Source: Eledone cirrhosa
Lineage: Eukaryota
Direction of reading: 5' to 3'
NCBI GenBank assembly: GCA_964016885.1
Contig: OZ024741.1
Span: 149,792,001 to 149,856,000 of the forward strand
Length of the DNA stretch: 64,000 bases
The position numbers were made by a program, and so were the translations under genes. Below, one piece after another: positions 53,916 through 64,000 of the stretch (its first letter is position 1; every line of letters starts with the position of its first letter). The notes under the pieces are model-generated. The model was not told the DNA's origin, searched no databases, and worked only from the letters and a program-made list of their open reading frames with translations.

Positions 53916-55293
53916 CTGGTTGAAAAAAATTAATGAACTAATTAACTTGGGTATGTAACACGCAGAAGTCTGCTTTATATATATATATGTATATATATTT
54001 GGAATTTCATGGACCGCAAATGCGACAGAATATATATATATATATATAACAGTTGTAGCAAGAGGCATTCGCTCTTAGGCACAATATTTTCTCTATTTTA
54101 TCATACCTCTTAAATAGTGTGGTCCTCCAGGTCCATGATAAAAATCATTCCAGCCGTGATCATCCCGTTGTATTTTGTATATCTATTGCGTTTTCGAATG
54201 AGATTTGATTGCTGCTTTTAGCTGGCCTAACGGATGACCATGTAGTAGTGAAGGTAAGGCACCAATACAACTCACTGTGGCAAGCACGATAACTAATTAA
54301 TCGAGTCTATCAACTACCTATACCGCAAAGTGAATATTGATAAATAATTCTTAACTGAACAGGTTTACGTTATAACATAAACCAAGTCGAATATTTCCTC
54401 TCCTCTTCTATTATTAGGGTGATTATTTTCGTTTGTTGATATGTAGTATGAATTTAAATTGGCTCCAAATACAGATATAGCTTATTTGCTTTGTGATAAC
54501 TAAGATAAGTTACTCTATAGACACAAATACATTGAAACACGTAATAATCTGTCTATATATCTTATTAAAGATATTATATTATTTATTTATGTTCATACAT
54601 GGAACAGAAAGCGCTACTAAGGTTTCAAGGCCCAATTATGACCATCTCCCCAGATTGTGCAGGGTGGTGCAGAGTGGAATATGTTTATATGTATGCTAAT
54701 TAAAGATTTTTTTCTGTCTATCCTAGGCAGACAGATAACTAAATTTGATAGAAAGATAAATGCAGATAAACAGGCGGAAAGAGAGAATATATATCTTTTA
54801 TAATTCCGTTCACATCTAGATTGCTTTATAGAAATTATAAACCGACTGCAGTACTTTCGACCATGGCGGGATTTGAACCCAGTAAGTAAAAAAGACTAAC
54901 TAAATATTGCAAATAAATAAATACTCTGCAATGATACTGCTCGACGCTTCATCAATTCTGCTATGCTAATCTAAAGATAAAATTTAACATATAGACCAAT
55001 AGAACAGAGAGAGGAGAAATAGGATAGACTGATAGACAAAGAAATAAAGACGGACACCGATCATTGTATGTAAACAACACATCGTTCGTCTACTTGGTTA
55101 AAATAAAATAACAGTTTAATTAGATATTATTTACAATTTTGCCTTTCATCCTTACGGGGTCGATAAAATAAAGTACCAGTAATACACTGTAATTGTTGGC
55201 CTTGTACCAAAAGTAGAAACAATTATTTACAATTGGATATACAAACGGGAGAAAAAGCACACAATAAGTGTTGTTTATTCGTTCGAAGCTTAC

Positions 55294-55352
55294 ATGTGAT
55301 CCTTTAGGTGGCGCGAAATACAGAGCTGCTGCTATACTCAGACCATTAATTC
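55294..55352 (-). CDS. Coding exon 3 of unknown gene: (G)INGLSIAAALYFAPPKGSH
   Basis: Acceptor accacccatag, donor gtaagc, 59 nt, phase 1-0. Confidence 0.68.
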
Positions 55353-55431
55353 CTATGGGTGGTAATTAATAAACATTTAAGTGAAATAATTTCAGAAGAG
55401 AGTGGAAACCGCTGACTGTGCGCCAACTTAC

Positions 55432-55444
55432 CGCCATTAGCAAC
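55432..55444 (-). CDS. Coding microexon 2 of unknown gene: VANG(G)
   Basis: Acceptor gttttacatag, donor gtaagt, 13 nt, phase 0-1; exactly bridges the neighbouring phases. Confidence 0.62.
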
Positions 55445-56272
55445 CTATGTAAAACCATCAGCCACACATACACGTAGTTTGACGATAGACACATATTTAA
55501 CACTTAATAGGTTACAACACATATATAGAATCTGAGGAAATTGTACCAACAGTGGAGTGTGCCACATCATCATAATATATTTTAGTTATAACAATTCTTC
55601 AACCAACGACGAAGCCTTTACGTCTCAAAAATCACTTTCTATCAACATTAAAAAAAAGACGTGATAGTCGCGGTTGGAATGCCTTTTCATTATAAGTCTG
55701 TTGTATCGGAGTTGACGTGGGCCTAAACAACCATAATATTCGTTATTGCATGTAATCTAACTTGGTTCTTGACATACGCTGTTGTGCGTTTGAAATGCGA
55801 CGTAAATATTGATCGCTATACATTTGCCTTTCATCCTTACGGGGTCGATAAAATAAAGTACCAGTAATGCACTGGGTAATTGCTGGCCTTGTGCCAAATG
55901 TAGAAACAATTATATGTAAACATTAAAAATCCGATAGAGCTGCCTTCCACAACGTGATAGACACGAATATTCAACAGCAGCACACATATATTATAAATAA
56001 ACACACGCATTCCACAACGGCGCATATATCTATATGATACACACACGCATACACAAACGATAGCTAATAACACCATGAAACCAATAGTTATGAAAACATA
56101 AACACCGCGCGTACACACGTTGTTTTAGCTCCAAACTCAATCTTGATCGAGCATACCTTAATGATCAAAAGCATTACAGCCACGACCATTTTTTTATGCT
56201 CAGGACAACATAATATTCTTTATGGCTAAAATGGTGAGTCTTGTTCCTCAGGAGTTTCATTTGTGCACTTAC

Positions 56273-56392
56273 AGGATCATCATACAAGACTACTATATAA
56301 TGTGTGTAAAAGAAACGCCTTTTGAATTGAGAAATTGTTGGAACGACGTGGTTTGATTGAGCGACTTCCAAGATCGTAACATCTTTCTCCAT
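56273..56392 (-). CDS. Coding exon 1 of unknown gene: MEKDVTILEV..HYIVVLYDDP
   Basis: aaaATGG start preceded by an in-frame stop; donor gtaagt at phase 0; candidate acceptor at 56442-43 implies an upstream UTR exon. Confidence 0.68.
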
Positions 56393-56729
56393 TTTTCACT
56401 CCACTTCCTTTATAAAGAACAACCTCTGAGTCTTTACCAAACTGTATTTATACATATAAATAAATATATATATATATACACACCGTGAAGAGTCTGAAAT
56501 CACACTGCTGAGCACAAACGAGACATTTAAGTCTGAATATGTAGCACCATTTTCCATCAACATCAGTTATCTATCGTGTAATGTGTTCCAAATATACGAG
56601 CGAATTACACACAATTAGCTTCTCTCGTAGTGTTTCTGAACCAAGGTCCGTCGCCATGCGAACGAAAACCACACAATGTAGTTGTTGACACATTTATATT
56701 TCACTATGTAGGCAGCTTGCCAATTAGAC

Positions 56730-57173
56730 CATCCATCTTTTTTCGCTTGTGAAAGAAAACATGAAAATTATTTCGTTTCTTTCTTTTTTCCCTAAAAATT
56801 TATTATTATAGCTAAGTTGTTCAAGGTTAATTATGGAATATTTTCATAACACACTTGAATTAGAACTTTCAATTCTCTTTGCCTTGGCAGAAAAAGAAAA
56901 TAACTTCGATACATTCATAACTATTTCTATCACGGAATCTATGATTTCCCCTCTCATTCTTCTGATTTAAAATGAAGAGATTTACATGGATAATATAATT
57001 AATTGATTGGCAATTGATGTATGTAGAAACATGTTTGTCTATGGATACGGGAACACTTATTAAGGATTACAGCATAACATTTCGAGTAATTTACTTATAA
57101 ATGATAGTTTTAAGCTAAAGTAAGAAACGAAATAATTTTCACATGTTTTTCTCCTCAACATGAAAAGTGGATG
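56730..57173. mobile_element. Old MITE with ~50-bp imperfect TIRs
   Basis: CATCCA..GAAAACATGAAAATTATTTCGTTTCTT vs AAGAAACGAAATAATTTTCACATGTTTT..TGGATG. Confidence 0.65.
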
Positions 57174-57989
57174 AAGCGATAACTCATATGCATGCCTGAA
57201 TATATATATATATATTAGGATTGAACTAGTAAGACCATTATTCAGTAGAGAACTCGACGATACTTGGGAGTTGTGTGGTTATATTAAAAAGAGTCTGGAA
57301 TTGGCAAAAGCTTAGCCGTCGGGCCTCCACCCTTTCTAATATATACAAAGGACGGTGAATTGTCACATCCTTTCCCGGTCAATAAATAAGGCACCAGTCC
57401 AGTATTGGGATCGATTTTCTCACTTCCTTTCTCTCACTCATTTTCTCTAGAAAAAAATTATATATATATATATATGTAAAATTGTCAGAATATAACATCT
57501 CAATGAAAAGAGATCACTAAAAAAATCTCATTCAGAGAAGCAAATACCTATAGAACGTCTTATACAAAATCACAGAGGGGTATATTATTGTAGATGCAAC
57601 TCTCCCAGGGGACAAAAAATTATATATATAATGTCCGAAAACTTATAAAAAGCCTACGTGAGCACTCGACCTACTAGAAATAGAAGCCAAACATCCATTA
57701 AAAAAACACATTATCTTAAAAAAGATGATATACAATAAACTAGGTTGGAGATAATGTAATATTAGATGATTATTAAAACGTCAGAATGGTCTTGGCTGGA
57801 ACAGTTTTCTTCAATCACTGTTGACTTGTGGCTAAATAACAGATCGTATTATATATAAAGGAGAGAAAAAATAAGGCGAGGATTGAAAGAAAAGACTTGT
57901 GAGGTAAAAGGAAGAGTACTGTAGTTAGATTCCTAAAAAAAAAACGTGTTCGTGGCATTTGCTACCGTTGCTGTTGGCATGACGCTTGA

Positions 57990-59545
57990 CAAACAACACG
58001 CATACATACTCGCTTTGTTTTTTTCTACCGCAATTCTTTTACCACTCCTCCTTTCCTCCCACTATAATAAGTTTCTCTCATTCCGTACCTACCCCTCTTA
58101 TCACTCATACTGCCCCTCTCATCGTGTTAGTCATCCCCTCTCTCTAATTCTACTTACTTCCTCCTCCCCTATCACATACTTTACTGTTGTTGCTATCACT
58201 CACTCTCTATATACTCATATCACTTTCTACTCCTCACACTATCCATCTCACAGTATTAGTCTTTCTCTCTCTCATTCCGTACATTTCTCGCTCCCTCCTG
58301 TTACATACTTACTGCTCTCGTCACAGTCACTCTCCGCACTCATACTATCCCTCTCACTACATTAGTCTCTCTCTCTCTCATTCTATACATACTGCTCTCG
58401 TCACAGTCACTCACTCTATACTCATATCCCCCTCTATATACCATATCGTATCTATTGCAGTCATTGATATTCTCACACTTTTTCCCTCTCTCGTTCTAAA
58501 CCTACTGTTTACGTTACTAATTTAGTTTTCCCCACTCTCTTTTTGTTGCTCTTTCAGTTACTCTCTCACATTGTTATAGTCTCTTTTTTTTCTAGGTTTC
58601 ATTGATACAGCTACTACAGTTAAGAAACAACACCCAGCCTTCTCTCACAATAACACATACTCTCTTTAGTCTCTATATCATCCTTTCCCTTTCTCTCTCT
58701 AGTCTGCATCTCTTCCTCACCCTCTACAACTGCTATGGTTGCAAAGAAACAATTAATTCTTTCTCTCTTTATTGATGTCTTATTCTCAGCACATTTATAC
58801 ATCTCTTGCAGTTTTTATACTAATTCGTAATCCTTCATTCTTTCTGCGTAATGCGTGTCTTAGCAGTCTCTCTCTTTTCGTCTCTCGCTACATCTGTCTA
58901 TCTAACATAAACCACACGTACATCAGCTGTACCTCATTCTATCTTTAGATTTTTCTTTCCTCCTCCGCCTCTCTCTCTATGTATATCTCTTTCACCACCC
59001 TCTTAATACCTGTATCTTTCTATTCTTAATTATTCTGTTTCCTCTCATTATTATCACTCTTCCTTTCACCATCTATTGTTTCATTTTTAACTACCCCCAA
59101 CTTTACTGAACTATGTCCACTCTCTTTCACTTTGTATATCATTCTATCGTTTTATAAAATCACTCTCACTATTCTTTCTCTCGTAAGGTAGTTTCCCTTT
59201 CTCCGTACACTATTCCTACTCCCATTTTTATGACTATACTTCCTAATCAAACTGTTTATCTATCTAACCACATTCCGTCTGACTCTCTCCTCTTTCTTTA
59301 TACAACTCTGTCTTTCTCTAAAATTACCTCAGTCTAACACTCCCAACATCCACCCTATCACTTCTCTACATATATAAAAAGCGCCTTCTAACATCTTTCC
59401 CCCTCTCTATATAACTATTCGTTTATCTACTTCACTCACCCTATTCCACTTTCTATAAACACATATTTTACTCCTCCTTCGGTTACTCTCAACGTAGTAG
59501 CATCTCTTTCACTATCACCTTCCACCCCTCTTCTTTCTCTCTTGT
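57990..59545. repeat. CT-rich low-complexity tract with degenerate internal repeats
   Basis: Pyrimidine-rich + strand; ACTGCTCTCGTCACAGTCACTC at about 58311 and 58391; mirror GA-rich tracts at 26780-27000 and 30280-31100. Confidence 0.8.
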
Positions 59546-60805
59546 ATCAAGCAACAACCGTAGTTACACGACTAAGGCCAAACTGGAGTATATCTATGTA
59601 TTTGTTGTTGTTTAATTATCTTTTTAAAGGTTTACAAAATGTGTCTAACTCTGCCACATATACTGAAATTAAATCACGTCAGTAACTTGTACTTTTATCA
59701 AACTCAGAAGGGTGAACGGTAAAGTCGATCTTGGAAGAAGTAGTAAAATGTTTGATATTATTTAGTAATTTAGCGTCAAGGGTCCAAATTTGCCATATAT
59801 CTATTTGTTAGAATGAGTCTATGAAATGCGTTGTGTACCAGTTATGTACAGTAATCGATTGTGTTGTTATGGTGGTAGTTATTGTAATTGTATTTTAATG
59901 TCTTTAGAAAATAAGTATTTCTAGGCACAATCTCAAAATAATACAAAATGTTTACACATACTTGTTGAATGTAACCACCTTTTTACGATGGTAAGGTTTG
60001 TTGAACGTGACTCCCCTTTTTCCGCCCGAAAATACGAGGGGGGAGTTTGTCAATCACGTAGAGGATTGTATTGTGTCGTAGCGTAGCTTCATTGTGTAGT
60101 AGTAGCGCATGGAGTACAATATTTTTTTTTAAAGACAATAAGGTTTGATCTGGGGCAAGATTTAACTTCTATTTTCAACAAGCCAAGAGCCCACATTGAG
60201 GATCCCACCATTAGCTGATATTTATTTTACATGGGCCCTAAGGAACGAAGGTGCACAATTAAAGTAGAGCAACCGCGTCAACTTTTATCTACGACTGTTT
60301 CTGTTTTGGACCAACATTGTGTTTCAATAATGTAACCAACATTTTTTATGTACTTATTTCTAGTTTGATACCTAAATTTATAGATGATCTTCTTAACATT
60401 GCTTCGTTACGTTAAAAATGTTGATTATGGGCGCAATTTGGCTATGTAGTTTTCTGTTTGTCTTGCAACCATGTGGTTCCTAGTTCAGTCCTACTGCACG
60501 TCATCTTGGGTGCGTTTACGATAACCTTTGGTTGATCAGTGTTTTGTGTGTAGACGAAATCAGCAGAAAAACCGTCGTATAAACATACATTATATATATA
60601 TATAATATGCATGCATGTGTGTGATTATGTCCCGTAACCTGGAGTTTAGAAAAAGAAAAAAAAAGATCGATAAAATAAGTACTGGATTCGAATTCAATGA
60701 CTAATACTGTCTCTACTTAGAAGACGAATTCATTTTTTCATTAGGCCACACCTTATCGATATTTTATTATAAGAGGCTAGTGTATCTACAGATTATTATA
60801 TGACA

Positions 60806-60993
60806 CGGTGGATTGGCAGTATTGGTAGAGGGGCGGACGCCATGCTTTGATGTATAGAGTTACGGTCCTTGCCATTCTGAGTTCAAATCCCGCCAAGGTT
60901 AACTTTGCCTTTCATCCTTACGGGGTCGATAAAATAAAGTACCAGTAATGCACTGGTAATTTGCTGGCCTTGTGCCTAACGTAGAAACAATTA
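60806..60993 (+). mobile_element. Full-length Nin/Deu-domain tRNA SINE
   Basis: A-box TGGCAGTATTGG, B-box GAGTTCAAATCC, GCCTTTCATCCTTACGGGGTCGATAAAATAAAGTACC. Confidence 0.88.
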
Positions 60994-61230
60994 TATGACA
61001 CGTTTCCCTCACTCACATTAACAACGTATATAGTATGAAATAAATTTGAGTTGCACAAAAACTAATTCAGTTTCTATAAATACTCAACACTACATGTCAT
61101 AAGTACTTCCTTCCTCTCTCGATTACAAACATTTGAATATATATATATATATATATATATCTTTTACTGGTTTCAGCCATTATATGTGTTACGGTCATGT
61201 TTGGGCACTGTATTAATATATATCTCCAAT

Positions 61231-61276
61231 GCATCTGATGAGACAGATGTTTGCGTCTTGAAACTGCCGGTAATAC
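61231..61276 (+). ncRNA. Minimal hammerhead motif
   Basis: GCAT-CTGATGA-GAC(AGATGTTTGC)GTC-TT-GAAA-CTGCCGG-TA-ATAC; GUA triplet, near-palindromic stem III. Confidence 0.55.
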
Positions 61277-64000
61277 CTAGTTAAGTCAAACTATTAATGT
61301 ATTTTCATCCTCCACACAGTATGCACACACACACACATATATATATATATACACGCACTTATACATAAGTATAATTGATTATAATTAGTTGTATTAAAAC
61401 GAAATCAAATATGTTGCAGAATCGATCTTATTTGTCCTCGACAGACTGAACCAATACAATAAGAGGCACAACAATAACAAATCTTACATGATCTCTCTTA
61501 ACTACTTACTATAAATAGGAGCCAAAACTCACCTTATCATTTTCAATGATACATATATTGGACAGTTAATTCCTAGATATACGATTTCTTAAAAAAAAAA
61601 TGGTCATGTCTAGAACACCTTAACAGAGCCGATTTTAGGTTAAACAACTTTTCTTTTGATCTTAAAATCTATCATTAATTCAATCTATCGTAGCCTACTG
61701 AAGAGTGTCTAACTAACAACATAACAGAGCACAAAAAGTAGAAACAATTATTACAAAGCAGTCACAGCACACGACATTTTAATGGTTTAGTTTTCATAAT
61801 AACAACTGGCTGATGAAAATGGAACGACAGAAAAATTAAGCAGCTAAGGACGAATGAAAGAAGACGGAAGAAAGTATTGAGTTGATAGACGTGAATGAAC
61901 GAAGGAAGAAAAGAGACGAGTCGACGGACGCAATAGCGGAAAGAAGAGAAGATAAAATAAGATACAGGCGGACGAATCCAACAGATTCAAAGGGGACAAT
62001 AAGTGGTGGATAAGTAGGGAAGAAAAAATGCAAAAATTAATAAAAACGAAATACTGGTAGCTACTCGAACACAAATTATTTTTCTTAATATAGCGAAAAC
62101 TTATATATTTTTAATATTCATAATTAAAGATGAAAAATAATTATAAAATAGCAATAAAAAAAAAACAACTGACGACAGGTTTCTGTGATAGTTACACACG
62201 ACTCAACTATCGGAAAGGCATTTTAGTTTTGACTGGGAAATTAATAGATTATTTTGTTACGAAAAATATTTCAAATGCGTAAAATGACCTTATATTTTAC
62301 CCACAAAAAGCTTCGTAGACAAAAATGAAGGATTATCTGGAGTCCTCAGGAGATATTTTGTGGACTCCAGATAGTGTGAGAGTAACTTATAAGCTTATCT
62401 ATGTGTGAGGGTACGACTAACTCACTATGGAGAGAACACAAAAGAAGAGGATATTTTCAAACTGGTACTTTGTTGTTCACCGAATTTTATATATCATACT
62501 ATATATATGTGTGTGGGGTGCCGAAGTTTTACATACATTTGCGTGTACACAGCGAAGTTTTATATATATATATATGTATGTATATACAAATCCAAGTTTA
62601 CATATATATGTTTGTGTGTTCACCAAAATAAATTACACGTTGAAGTCCAACCCAATAACAATATGGCTGAGAAGAAAATACCTTAGGGAAAATTTCTGCA
62701 TATATATATATATAAGGTAAGGTCTCAACATATTCAATATGTGAGATCCAACTAATTAATTTTGTATATATTTCTTTCTAATCAATAAAAATATAAAGAC
62801 AATGGGCAGGCAGTTCATTAGTTTCATAACCAGGTTTCCAGCCATCCTTTTTCAGCATAGCAACATACAGTCGATTCGATTTAATCGTCTATAGTAACAA
62901 CCCCTCATCCTTTACTAGAATATAAAAACATTGTTGGTTTCAGTCCAAATAAATCGATATTAATATTAAATAAAGGGTGCATAATACACAAGTTTCTGTT
63001 GCAAGTGGATAATTTTCGTCATTCGTTTGGTCTTGTTATATATATTTAACACTTTAAACTACAATTATGATACTAATTATTACTCCTTAACAGAAAATTT
63101 ATATATAAATAACATAGAATTTTATATTGACAAGAAGAAATCAGAAAATATTAAAGGAAATTATGGAAAAAAATATAAAACTGGAGAAAAGAAAATATAT
63201 TTTTGAAACTAACGAAAGATGGAAGGAGAGAAAAATGAACCAAGCAAAGGAAGAAGAGAAAGTGTTTTTTTTTTTAAAGATAAACAGCAGTTGACTACGA
63301 ATGTGAAGGTTGGTTGTGAAATGTCTAGCGGTAACCCCCAACTCAATAATTGGCTTGTCTTCCTCGCTAGTTCACCGTCCTTATTTGATTATTCGTTCGT
63401 TCATTCCTTCCTGTTTTTATTCTTCAACATTTCAAAGATTTCGGAAGAGAAAGGCGCGTATAGTAATATATAATGTTATATATACCCGCCTTGCGTTGGA
63501 AGTGAAAATTGTTTTTCTTATGGTTTTTTTAACAAATCTAGCCTTTAAAACCGTCGGAAATTGCTTGTCTTTTATTCAATTGGGGTGGGCGACGACACCC
63601 TCAGAATTCTCGGGTCTGGAGGTGATCACTGGTCTCGCTTAATATGTATATAGATATATATTTATATATCTATAGAGTGGGTATATATAATATTTATATA
63701 TCTATACCCACTCTATATCTCCCCATGTATCGAGTACTCATGATTAGTGGTCTCCTCGGTCCCAACACCGCATACTCTATATATATATATAATTAGAATT
63801 TTATTTCTCGCTCTAGCACAGTGAAAATAATTGAAGTGAGATTTGCAGCTTGTGTAGAAACTTTATTTGCATATTACAATTGTTTCAATATCGATATATT
63901 ACATATATACGTGTGTGAAATGTAGATAGATTACGCTTATGTTGACGAAAATCTAATACTTTTCCCAATTCGTTCTTGTATAAAATCTGATATTATCAAC

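Noticed and set aside
54275-54291. Possible extra 17-nt minus-strand microexon
   Set aside because: Would break the frame between exons 3 and 4; weak acceptor

Overview
Eukaryotic, repeat-dominated animal DNA, most likely an octopod cephalopod. This is inferred from the very large (AT)n arrays, Nin/Deu-domain and CORE/V-like tRNA SINEs with (ATG)n tails, and PHD-containing RTE LINEs. No prokaryotic features, CRISPR or intact tRNA/rRNA were seen, and nearly all listed ORFs are microsatellite or antisense artefacts. Content: (1) About 12 kb of (AT)n arrays with inserted islands (RTE/SINE 3' ends and Penelope-like fragments carrying minimal hammerhead-ribozyme motifs, three folded back into long hairpins). 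(2) A cluster of TTAA-type MITEs at 16-20 kb. (3) A motif-dense, possibly bidirectional promoter at about 32 kb. (4) A decayed TE cluster at 33-52 kb: RTE, BovB-like RTE, a MULE FLYWCH fragment, a mariner relic, and a CpG-decayed HDV-like ribozyme heading a short RTE-derived element. (5) Five phase-compatible minus-strand exons at 56.4-53.4 kb, including a 13-nt microexon, encoding the first 147 aa of a protein I do not recognise. All calls are by eye; TE boundaries are approximate.
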